Shown piece by piece: positions 16,820 through 25,613 of a DNA stretch of 64,000 bases. The DNA is from a virus: positions 1 through 64,000 of the IMG/VR virus record IMGVR_UViG_3300044819_000016; one strand, 5' to 3'. Position 1 is the stretch's first letter. The number at the start of each line of letters is the position of its first letter. A program made the position numbers and the translations under genes. Below the pieces are notes generated by a model. That model was not told where the DNA came from and made no database searches. It was given only the letters and a program-made list of their open reading frames with translations.

Positions 16820-18037
16820 ATGGCTCGCAAGGGCATCTACAACCGCGTCCAGGTCCCAAACGACTCCGATCTGTCGCGAGTCCAGGACGCGATCGCGAAA
16901 GCCTTCAGCCAGCTCTCCGTCGACGACGATCTGGTCAAGGCCCCGATCACCCCGGTCGCTTCGACCGCGAAGCTGGCCAACGGCAGCACGATCATCGTGT
17001 TCACCGGGAACACGGCTCAGATCATCACGCTCCCGCTCGCCAACTCACAGGGACAGGGCGTCGGGCAGGTCGCAATCTTCTCGAACGAGTCGGCGGCCAC
17101 CACGACCCTCGCCGCGCCGGGCAGCAACACGATCAACGGGGCCACGACCCTCGGGGTAGCCCCAGGGACCACGGTCCTCGCCACGAGCGACGGGCGCTCG
17201 AAGTGGCTCGCCATCTCTGGCCCGGGCGGCACGGGCGGCGGCGTCGGCCCGACCGGACCACAGGGCAACCAGGGCCCTCCGGGGTTCGGCCAGGACGCCG
17301 ACGAGCCCGAGGGCCCTTGGCTGGTGCCTGGGCGAACCGGGAACACCGGGGCTACAGGGAACACCGGACCACAGGGCAACCAGGGCCCTCCGGGGTTCGG
17401 CCAGGACGCCGACGAGCCCGAGGGCCCTTGGCTGGTGCCTGGGCGAACCGGGAACACCGGACCACAGGGCAACCAGGGCCCTCCGGGGTTCGGCCAGGAC
17501 GCCGACGATCCCGAGTTCCCCATGATGATCCCGGGTCCCCAGGGGCTTGTGGGCCCGACCGGCCCCTCCGGCCCCATCGGACTCCAGGGGTTCGGCCTCC
17601 CGGGCCAGGACGGCGAGGACGGGGCGGACGCCATTCCGATCCCCGGGACGCCCGGCGCCCCCGGCCTGATGGGCCCCGCAGGGCCCCAGGGAGCGCAAGG
17701 GACGCCCGCGCAGGACCCGGACGACCCAGAGGCCCCAATGTTCATCCCCGGGCCTCCTGGCGCAAATGGCGCGCCCGGGGCCATCGGCCAGACCGGCCTC
17801 GGGGTCTACATCCCCTCCCCCGACCCGGACGAGCCCGAGGCCCCTTGGCCGGTTCCCGGGCCCATCGGGGCGGTTGGGCCGGTTGGGCCGGTTGGCCCCA
17901 TCGGCGGCCCTGGCCTGCCTGCCGCCGATCCTGACGAGCCCGAGATGCCTTGGCTGGTCCCAGGCCCCCAGGGCCCGGGCGGCGGCGGCACCGTGACCAT
18001 CGACCAGGTCAAGATGATCGTGGGTCTCCGCGGGTGA
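16820..18037 (+). CDS. Collagen-like fibre protein
   Basis: Gly-X-Y triplets interrupted by D/E-P-E-x-P-W/M-x-V/I-P-G motifs. Confidence 0.85.
   Translation: MARKGIYNRVQVPNDSDLSRVQDAIAKAFSQLSVDDDLVKAPITPVASTAKLANGSTIIVFTGNTAQIITLPLANSQGQGVGQVAIFSNESAATTTLAAPGSNTINGATTLGVAPGTTVLATSDGRSKWLAISGPGGTGGGVGPTGPQGNQGPPGFGQDADEPEGPWLVPGRTGNTGATGNTGPQGNQGPPGFGQDADEPEGPWLVPGRTGNTGPQGNQGPPGFGQDADDPEFPMMIPGPQGLVGPTGPSGPIGLQGFGLPGQDGEDGADAIPIPGTPGAPGLMGPAGPQGAQGTPAQDPDDPEAPMFIPGPPGANGAPGAIGQTGLGVYIPSPDPDEPEAPWPVPGPIGAVGPVGPVGPIGGPGLPAADPDEPEMPWLVPGPQGPGGGGTVTIDQVKMIVGLRG
17252..17507 (+). repeat. ~98-nt direct repeat, twice plus a partial third copy, inside the collagen gene
   Basis: ACCGGACCACAGGGCAACCAGGGCCCTCCGGGGTTCGGCCAGGACGCCGACGA at 17252, 17363 and 17456. 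Confidence 0.9.
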
Positions 18038-19806
18038 TCGTCCTCAACACCACCTCGGACGTCATCCGGGTCATCACGGGCTCAGCCGCCGCCGTCGACG
18101 TCCATGTGACCTACGTGGACAACGTGGCGTCGGTGCCCTACCTCGCCGCTCGCCAGAACACCGCGATCTCGGTCGCGGCGACGACCACGATTCTGTCCTC
18201 CCCGGGAGCATCGACCCAGCGGCAGATCAAGGTCGTGACCATCGTCGCCAAGGGCGGCACGAACACCATCACGATCCAGTTCTTCGATGGGACGACGGCC
18301 TACCTGCTGTTCGGCAATGGCCTCGCGCTCGGGACTGGCGAGACCATCGAGTACGAGGACGTGACCGGCTGGCGGGTGTTCGACGTGAACGGCCAGATGA
18401 AACAGTCGAATTTCTCGCCTGTTCAGCTGACCGGGAACGTGATCGGTGGCCCGTCGTCCGGGACGGTGGCGACGACCGTTGTCTCCCTACCGAACGATAC
18501 GGAGTGTCTCGGCGACCTGTTGGTCGACGCCATCCCAGCCCCGGCGTCACCGGCGGCCAGCAAGCTTCGCAAATACTACGACTCGTCGACGTTGGCCCCG
18601 AATGCCAAGGACTCAGGCGGCAACGTCTTCGTCATGCCGGCGGCGCTCTCCGCGGCTCTGACATCGCAGTGGGTGACTTTCATCAGCTCGGACGGCCACC
18701 AGCACACCCTTCAGCCGTCGTTCTCAGACATCTTTGGCGTGGCAGCGAATTCTCAGATCCCGGCGTTCACTGGCGACGTCACGAAGCCGTCTGGATCGGG
18801 AACGACGACCCTGGTCAACATCCCGGATGGAACGACCCAGGCCGGCAACATCAACGCCACCCTCGTCGCTGGGTATGCCCCTGCCTCTGGTGTCAACCTC
18901 TACGCCGACTCTGGATTCGGAGGATTCGCCGTCTGGCCAGCTGGAGGCGCATCGTTCACGCAGATCACGGTCTCCATAAACCAGTTCGCCGCCGCTCACC
19001 AGTTCATGAACGGGTTCGGGAACAACAGCACATTCAACTTCGCGCAACCAGACTTCTCAGACCTCACCGGCACCGCGGCGCTCGCCCAACTTCCTGCCGT
19101 CCTGATCAATGTCCAGGTCCTGACGTCGGGCGTTGGCGCGACGTACACCCCGACCTCGGGGACAAAGGTACAGATCGTGGAAGGTGTCGGCGGCGGCGGC
19201 GGCGGCGGAGGCACATCAAGCACTGCCGGTGGCGCAGGCATTTCGATCTACGCCGGAGGCGGCGGAGGCGGCGGCGGCGGCTATTTTCGTCGGCGCTACA
19301 CGATCACGACAACCGGAACCTACACAATAGGCGCTGCTGGAAGTGCAGGCGCTGCTGGAGGCAACGGTGGCAACGGTGGCAACACGACATTCACAGACGG
19401 ATCGAATCTTTGCACGGGAAGTGGCGGCAGCGGCGGCGGCGGAATGGCGAGCGCCGCATTGATCACGGCTGGCGTAGCCAGTGGCGGCAACGGCGGAGGT
19501 TCGAGCGGCGGAAATGTGAATATCGGAGGACAGGGCGGCGGCGCCGGAGTCCGCCTTGGAGCTGGACTTGGCACTACATCAGGGACGCCGATCGGCGGAC
19601 ACAGTGGAGTCGGCGGGGCCTCCATCCTCGGAGGCAGTACGCAAGCTGCCATAAACGCAAACCTCTCCACCGTGAACATTGGGGGAACCACTGGATTCGG
19701 AGCCGGCTGCTCCGGCAATAGCCAGTGCTCAAATGTCAACACGGCATCGAGCACCGCCGCCGCCGCTGGTGGCGCGGGCGGAATCATCGTCTGGGAGTTC
19801 GCATGA
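18034..19806 (+). CDS. Tail fibre/spike protein with C-terminal glycine-rich domain
   Basis: GTGA coupling; TYTPT...GGGGGGG...GGY...G.II.VWEF glycine-rich fibre domain. Confidence 0.8.
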   Translation: MIVLNTTSDVIRVITGSAAAVDVHVTYVDNVASVPYLAARQNTAISVAATTTILSSPGASTQRQIKVVTIVAKGGTNTITIQFFDGTTAYLLFGNGLALGTGETIEYEDVTGWRVFDVNGQMKQSNFSPVQLTGNVIGGPSSGTVATTVVSLPNDTECLGDLLVDAIPAPASPAASKLRKYYDSSTLAPNAKDSGGNVFVMPAALSAALTSQWVTFISSDGHQHTLQPSFSDIFGVAANSQIPAFTGDVTKPSGSGTTTLVNIPDGTTQAGNINATLVAGYAPASGVNLYADSGFGGFAVWPAGGASFTQITVSINQFAAAHQFMNGFGNNSTFNFAQPDFSDLTGTAALAQLPAVLINVQVLTSGVGATYTPTSGTKVQIVEGVGGGGGGGGTSSTAGGAGISIYAGGGGGGGGGYFRRRYTITTTGTYTIGAAGSAGAAGGNGGNGGNTTFTDGSNLCTGSGGSGGGGMASAALITAGVASGGNGGGSSGGNVNIGGQGGGAGVRLGAGLGTTSGTPIGGHSGVGGASILGGSTQAAINANLSTVNIGGTTGFGAGCSGNSQCSNVNTASSTAAAAGGAGGIIVWEFA

Positions 19807-21464
19807 TCGTCCTCAACACCACGTCGGACATCGTCCAGATCACGACGACGACGGCGAACGCCATCGACGTACACGTCACCTACGTCGACAACGTCACCGC
19901 CGCTCCGTACACCTCGGCTCGCCAGAACACCGCGATCGCATCGTCCACGACGACCACCGTCCTCTCATCGCCTGCCGCGTCCACACAGCGCCAGTTGAAG
20001 GTCCTGACCGCCGTGGCGAAGGGCGGTGCGAACGCCGTCACGCCCAAGCTGTTTGACGGGACGACGACCTTCAACCTGTTCGGCAACGGAATTTCCCTCC
20101 TGCCGAATGAGACCCTCTCCTACGAGGACGCGCGCGGCTGGTTCGTGCTCGATGCCCTCGGCCAGGTAAAGCAGGTTGGCGCCACGGGCCCGACTGGCCC
20201 GACTGGCTCTCAGGGACTGACGGGGCCCGCTGGCTTCGCCTACGAGCCCGAGGAGCCGCAGGAGCCTCTCCTCCTGCGCGGGATCCAGGGCCCGGTCGGT
20301 GGCCAAGGTCCCCAGGGCGTGAACGGACCCCCGGGCGGGTTCGGCTCTGACGGCGACGACGGAGCCGACCCGATGATGATCCCGGGCGTCCAGGGATTGC
20401 AGGGTATCCAGGGGCCGACCGGAATCACCGGGTCCCAGGGCGCGCCAGGGTTCGCGGTCCCTGGTGCCGACCCAGAGGAGCCCGAGGCCCCGTGGGTGTT
20501 CGGCTCTGGGTTCACCCAACTGACTGGCCCGGTCACCGCTGGTCCAGGGGCTGGCCCCCAGCAAACGGCTATCTCCACGAACGCCGTGGCGCTGACGAAC
20601 CTCGCACAGATCGCGACGCTGACGCTCCTCGGGAACAACACGGGCGGCACGGCGAACGTTCTGGCGCTGACGGCGGCTCAGGTGAAGACGCTCCTGGCAA
20701 TCGCGTTCGGAGATGTCTCAGGGACGCTCGCCGCTACCCAGTTCCCGGCGCTCACTGGAGCTGTCACGTCTGTCGCGGGCGGCCTTGCGACGTCGGTTGG
20801 CACGATTCCAGGGCGGTACGTGGCAACCCAGGTGTTGACCTCTGGCACGACCTACACCCCGACAAACGGCACAGTGAACAAGCAGATCGTGAGGGGATGG
20901 GCCGGCGGCGGCGGCGGCGGCGGTGTGACGACGGTGGGCACGACGAACGCATTCGGCGGAGGCGGCGCGAGTGGGGGTTACTTCCAGCGCGTTTACAACA
21001 TCACGACCACTGGCACCTATGCCATCGGGGGCGGAGGGAGCGCGGGGGCGAACACCGGCGGCACCGGCGGCACCGGCGGCAACACCACATTCACGGACGG
21101 AACGACCCTCTGCACCGCCAATGGTGGCCACGGAGGCGTCGGTATGACAGCCGCGAACACGAACTTGGTTGCGCTTGGTGGGGCGGCTCCATCTGCGAGC
21201 ACCAACGGCAACGTCAATGGCACGGGCTCCCCGGGTGGCTACGGTTTCCGGCTTGTCGGCGCCGTCGCAGGCGATGGCGTCTCGGGCTTCGGGGCGAGTT
21301 CCGGGTTTGGCGGAGGCGGCACGGCGAAGAACGCCGGAGGCGCCGGGGCCAACGCGACGGGGTTCGCCTCCGGAGGGGGCGGCGCTGCGCAAGTAGCCAA
21401 TTCAGGGGCTGCGGTCGGCGGCACAGGCTCGGCAGGCATAATCATCGTGGACGAATTCACGTAA
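19803..21464 (+). CDS. Paralogous fibre protein with collagen segment and glycine-rich domain
   Basis: N-terminus MIVLNTTSD..HVTYVDN..ARQNTAI shared with 18034-19806; collagen stretch; same C-terminal domain type. Confidence 0.8.
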   Translation: MIVLNTTSDIVQITTTTANAIDVHVTYVDNVTAAPYTSARQNTAIASSTTTTVLSSPAASTQRQLKVLTAVAKGGANAVTPKLFDGTTTFNLFGNGISLLPNETLSYEDARGWFVLDALGQVKQVGATGPTGPTGSQGLTGPAGFAYEPEEPQEPLLLRGIQGPVGGQGPQGVNGPPGGFGSDGDDGADPMMIPGVQGLQGIQGPTGITGSQGAPGFAVPGADPEEPEAPWVFGSGFTQLTGPVTAGPGAGPQQTAISTNAVALTNLAQIATLTLLGNNTGGTANVLALTAAQVKTLLAIAFGDVSGTLAATQFPALTGAVTSVAGGLATSVGTIPGRYVATQVLTSGTTYTPTNGTVNKQIVRGWAGGGGGGGVTTVGTTNAFGGGGASGGYFQRVYNITTTGTYAIGGGGSAGANTGGTGGTGGNTTFTDGTTLCTANGGHGGVGMTAANTNLVALGGAAPSASTNGNVNGTGSPGGYGFRLVGAVAGDGVSGFGASSGFGGGGTAKNAGGAGANATGFASGGGGAAQVANSGAAVGGTGSAGIIIVDEFT

Positions 21465-21478
21465 GAACAGGAGACCCC

Positions 21479-21691
21479 ATGGACCCCACTGTCACGATCC
21501 CAATCACCGAGTATGAGACCCTGATCGCCATCGTCTCGCGCCTGCGCTCCCTCCGGAAGCTTGGGCTAAAACACCGCTTCAACGCCGAGGGCAATCCTGA
21601 GTCGTATCCCGACACCGAAACCACCCCCCTCCAGCACGCCCAGGTGAACCTCGATCAGGTCATCGAGGCGGCCATGAGAGCCGGGTTCTGA
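21479..21691 (+). CDS. Hypothetical protein
   Basis: RBS AGGAG. Confidence 0.6.
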   Translation: MDPTVTIPITEYETLIAIVSRLRSLRKLGLKHRFNAEGNPESYPDTETTPLQHAQVNLDQVIEAAMRAGF

Positions 21692-21710
21692 TCGGTCTGG
21701 CCAGGACATG
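21690..21710 (+). promoter_or_regulatory. Putative late promoter (copy 5)
   Basis: GATC-GGTC-TGGCC-AGGAC-ATG(21708). Confidence 0.7.
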
Positions 21711-22046
21711 GCAACAGCAAAATCCCGACTCGTAGGCCCGACCCAGGTGGCCACCGGCCCCACGACCGTCTTGACGGCTGGTGCCCTTGAACAGTGTGTC
21801 ATTCAGATGATCATGGTCTCGAATCCGAGCGCCTCGGCCATCAACTTCTCGCTCTCGATCGGCGCCGACGCCGCCGCGACCCGGATCATCGGGACGAACG
21901 CGACGGTAGGCAATATCGCCGCGAACAGCGTCCAGCAGTTCTACGGGTCCTGGCCCGTCCAGCCGACTGAGATCGTGACCATCTCGGCGTCCACCGGCGC
22001 CGTCCTGGTCTGCGTGATCACCGGCGAGCGACGCACCCTCGGGTAA
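21708..22046 (+). CDS. Small beta-rich virion protein
   Basis: Starts at the motif; T/V/I-rich, resembling the N-domain of the two fibre paralogues. Confidence 0.7.
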   Translation: MATAKSRLVGPTQVATGPTTVLTAGALEQCVIQMIMVSNPSASAINFSLSIGADAAATRIIGTNATVGNIAANSVQQFYGSWPVQPTEIVTISASTGAVLVCVITGERRTLG

Positions 22047-22254
22047 ACTAGGGGCCAATTGTGGACCCTCACGACTCCCATTCCTCGCCGCCGGGGAACT
22101 TCCAGCAGATCCTGGAGGTGTTCCCGGTGGCGACCCCGACCGGCCTCAATGATCTCGTCACGGCGTGCATCGGGGCGACGTTTGCCGACCAACTCCTCGC
22201 CGTCGAGGTCTACATGGGGGGCGCCGGACTGATGCCTCCGGTGTCGTAAGCCAG

Positions 22255-25200
22255 TTGGGGGCGGGCCTCACAAAGCAGCTGATCCCGCTGTTCGTTGGCG
22301 GCGGTGTCGACACCAAGACGGATCCCCGTCTCGTCGGAACCGCTTCGAACGCCGTCGGTACCTCGACGCCGAACGGGGCCCTCCTCCAACTCGACAACAT
22401 GTTCATGGCTCGCACCGGCGAGCTTCGGCTCCGGAGCGGGTTCAACAACTTCTCCGGGAGTGCCTACTCGTCTGGTGTCGGCGGATCCATCTACGGGATT
22501 TTCCCTGCCGGACAGGGAAAACTCGGCTGCTATTACCAGCAGTCAGGCGTTCGCCGTGGCGCCCAGTTTCACATAGGCGCCCTTCCGTGGGACTCGACCA
22601 GCCTTAGCTCCGTTTCGTCGGCCCTCAACCAGAACGGGATCATCGCTCCGCAAGGCGGAGTCTTCCCGATCGGACCTTCGAGCCCTGCTGACGTCAACGT
22701 TCGCGCCGTCGATTGCGCCTATGCCAACGGCTGGGTCATCTACGGCTGGCGGAACAACAACAACGACAATTTTTGGGCGGTCAACAAGCTGTCAGATGGG
22801 CTGTCACTCAATGGCGCGACGGTAGGATTCAGCCCACCATGGTCGGTCTCCACTGCGACGAACGCCAAAAGCACCGTCACCTCAGCCAACAATAAATACC
22901 TCGTCTATATCGCCCCGGAAGCCACGACCAACAAGGTCAAACTCCTGGTGACAGACGTGGTCGGGAATACCGTCTCCTCTGCCGTCGACGTCTCGACGTC
23001 GATCAGCGCCCCGATTGGCGGCGCGAACATCATCTGCGCGCGGGCCCGCGCCTCCGGCAGCAATTCCATCATCATCGCGTGGACGCTCGCTGCCGCGAAC
23101 AGCGTGAAGGTGATCGAGTTCGACTGCTCGACGCTCTCCATCGTCACCTCGAACACGGTCACGGCGGACGCCTCCCAGACCATAGGCTGGATCGGCGACC
23201 CAACCGGACAGACGAGCTACTACCTCGCAGCCGCCGGAGCGACAAGTGGCGTCGTCGTCCGCCAGATCAATTCATCGCTCGCGGTCACGTCGATCGTCAC
23301 CATTGACGCGACGGTTTCTGTCACCGTCGCGAACATCTGCGGGTACGTCACGGGCGCAAACTCCTATCGCTGTGTCTGGGATCGAATCGCATCCGGGACG
23401 CTCCCGGCTATCGGATGGAGCGACAGGATCATGTCCGGCACTGTGGCATCCGGTACGCTGACTCAAGCGGCGACCCAGTCAGGTCTTGGGTTCTCCATCG
23501 TCTCCGACGTCTTTGGGATCACGACAGCATCGGGCGACACGAATCAGTACATCGTCGCTGCGTTCACCTCTCCGACCCAGTCGACTTACGTTGTCCTGTG
23601 GATCGGGATGTCGACAGTCAACAACGACTCCGACCACGAATTCCGATTCGTCTCGTCCTTCTGCCAGGGAACCGCGAGCCAGGTCCGCCGCGGGACTGGT
23701 GCAAAAGCCTCGATCGCGATGATCAATGCGAATAGGAAAATGATCGTCCTGGAGCAGGTGACTCGGATTCCAGGCATCGGCGGGACCGGGGGGTATGCCT
23801 TCCAGCAGACGTCTGGACACCCGGTGAATTTCTTCGAGATCAATGGATATGCGAATGGCTTAGCCAACGTCCAGAACGGCCTTTACAATCCCGTCGAGAT
23901 TGGCGGCACGACGTATCTCCCGGGCGGCTTCATGATGCAGGGTACGTCCGGGGCAAATCTAATTGCCGCTCAGCACGTGGTTTCGCCGGAGCCTGTTCAG
24001 TCGCTTATCGTAAACTCTGGGTCCGGCAATCTAACGCCGTCGGCGACCTACCAATATTGCTACGTCTACGTGTTCACGAATGCCGACGGATCGATCATCC
24101 GCTCCGCGCCCTCCGTCCCTGTGAGCGTCTCAACCGGAGTCGCCGCCAACTGGACGGCCAACGGAAACCTGATCTGCGAACGTTGGAACGGTCAATTCCA
24201 GGGCGATGGGGTCGCTACGATCGAGGTATATCGCGCCGGTGGAACTGCCGGATCTGTCACTTTCAACAAGGTTCTCACGCTCCCGAATCCGTCTGGGAAT
24301 GACACGGTGAATTTCAATGACGCCGTCGCCGATACCGTCGCGGCAACGGGCGAGATTCTCTACACGACCGGCGGTGTCCTCGATAACCTGCCGGCTCCGC
24401 CATGCAAGCTGATGGTCGCTAACAACGGGCGTGGCTGGGTAGTCAATTCCGAGAACCCGACCGAGCTTTGGTTCTCGAAGCAGCGGAAGGTCGGCGAGGG
24501 GCTCTACTTCCATCCCCTTCTCCGCATCCTGATCACCGGCGACGGGTTCGGCGCGATCACTGGGCTATCCGCGATGGATGGCCGCGTGGTGGTCTTCAAG
24601 TCCAATGCGATCTACGTGATCTCGGGTGATGGCCCGGACGACACGGGGGCGGGCTCGTTCAACGTTCCCCAAGCCGTCAGTTTGTCGATGGGCTGCCAGA
24701 ACCCGGCGAGCATCGTCCTCTCGGACGCCGGGATCTTGTTCCAGAACGAACAGGGGATTTTTCTCCTCGATCGCGGCTTGAACCTGACGTATATCGGCTC
24801 CCCGGTTGAGGCGTACACGTTCGCCGAGTGGATCGTCGGTGCATCTCTCGTCGATGCCTACACCCAGGTCAGGTTTGTGACCCCGAGCGGACGCTGCCTC
24901 GTCTACGACTACTTCCAAAAGCGGTGGTACTCGTGGCTCCTCCGGTCGGACACCAACGGGGTCATCTCTCCGGTTGTCGGCTGCGCCCAGGTCCCCTACA
25001 GGAACTGGGTCTATGCGCTGGCGGACGGGTCGATCTTCGAGGAGACGCCCGGTATCTGGCAGGACGTCAACGTCATCACGACGGCCATAATCCCGGTCAT
25101 CCTGTTCCCCCAGGTCAACACCGGAGGGATCAATGGCTTCCAGCGCGTCTACTGCATGCAACTCGAAGGCGCCTACCTCGGGGATCACACGCTCCAGGTG

Positions 25201-25431
25201 TCGGCGGTCTACGACCTCGGGGCGAACACGGAGCCGACCAGGTCCCTGGCGATCACCAGCGGCCCGTTCCAGTACGAGGTGTTCTTCGCGAACCCGAAGT
25301 GCTCGACCATCCAGGTCCAGCTGACGTCGAACCACGCCGCCGGCTCCGGGGCGTTCATACTCACTGCGGCATCCCTCTGGGTCGGAGTGAAGCGCGGGAG
25401 CCAGTTCGCCGCGTCGAAGAGACTCGTCTGA
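22255..25431 (+). CDS. Tail nozzle/stabilisation protein
   Basis: ~1058 aa, beta-rich; N-terminal GVDTKTDP; C-terminal LWFSK...ITGL....GRVVVFK.NAIY.ISGDGP...GC....SIV....GILFQ...GIFLLDRGL. TTG start inferred. Confidence 0.75.
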   Translation: MGAGLTKQLIPLFVGGGVDTKTDPRLVGTASNAVGTSTPNGALLQLDNMFMARTGELRLRSGFNNFSGSAYSSGVGGSIYGIFPAGQGKLGCYYQQSGVRRGAQFHIGALPWDSTSLSSVSSALNQNGIIAPQGGVFPIGPSSPADVNVRAVDCAYANGWVIYGWRNNNNDNFWAVNKLSDGLSLNGATVGFSPPWSVSTATNAKSTVTSANNKYLVYIAPEATTNKVKLLVTDVVGNTVSSAVDVSTSISAPIGGANIICARARASGSNSIIIAWTLAAANSVKVIEFDCSTLSIVTSNTVTADASQTIGWIGDPTGQTSYYLAAAGATSGVVVRQINSSLAVTSIVTIDATVSVTVANICGYVTGANSYRCVWDRIASGTLPAIGWSDRIMSGTVASGTLTQAATQSGLGFSIVSDVFGITTASGDTNQYIVAAFTSPTQSTYVVLWIGMSTVNNDSDHEFRFVSSFCQGTASQVRRGTGAKASIAMINANRKMIVLEQVTRIPGIGGTGGYAFQQTSGHPVNFFEINGYANGLANVQNGLYNPVEIGGTTYLPGGFMMQGTSGANLIAAQHVVSPEPVQSLIVNSGSGNLTPSATYQYCYVYVFTNADGSIIRSAPSVPVSVSTGVAANWTANGNLICERWNGQFQGDGVATIEVYRAGGTAGSVTFNKVLTLPNPSGNDTVNFNDAVADTVAATGEILYTTGGVLDNLPAPPCKLMVANNGRGWVVNSENPTELWFSKQRKVGEGLYFHPLLRILITGDGFGAITGLSAMDGRVVVFKSNAIYVISGDGPDDTGAGSFNVPQAVSLSMGCQNPASIVLSDAGILFQNEQGIFLLDRGLNLTYIGSPVEAYTFAEWIVGASLVDAYTQVRFVTPSGRCLVYDYFQKRWYSWLLRSDTNGVISPVVGCAQVPYRNWVYALADGSIFEETPGIWQDVNVITTAIIPVILFPQVNTGGINGFQRVYCMQLEGAYLGDHTLQVSAVYDLGANTEPTRSLAITSGPFQYEVFFANPKCSTIQVQLTSNHAAGSGAFILTAASLWVGVKRGSQFAASKRLV

Positions 25432-25586
25432 TGCCTATCGACTACGGTGATTCCCCCGAGGCGTTCAAGCGCAACATTCACACGCTTTCGAACGACAAGA
25501 AGCCCGACGGATCCCCTAAGTTCAGCCGGGCACAGATCGTGGCGATCGCCTATCGGGCGCGGCGCTCCAAGCGACCCAAGAAGTAG
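25431..25586 (+). CDS. Small basic phage protein
   Basis: MP...G.S..AF..NI......Q.VAIAY..AR pattern; TGATG coupling. Confidence 0.65.
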   Translation: MPIDYGDSPEAFKRNIHTLSNDKKPDGSPKFSRAQIVAIAYRARRSKRPKK

Positions 25587-25592
25587 GGGCCT

Positions 25593-25613
25593 GATCGGGC
25601 TGGCCACGGTATG
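25593..25613 (+). promoter_or_regulatory. Putative late promoter, leaderless (copy 6)
   Basis: GATC-GGGC-TGGCC-ACGGT-ATG(25611). Confidence 0.75.

Noticed and set aside
22061-22249. 62-aa ORF between the small virion gene and the nozzle gene
   Set aside because: Plausible filler gene, but the start is weak and there is no recognisable motif; not supported enough to call.
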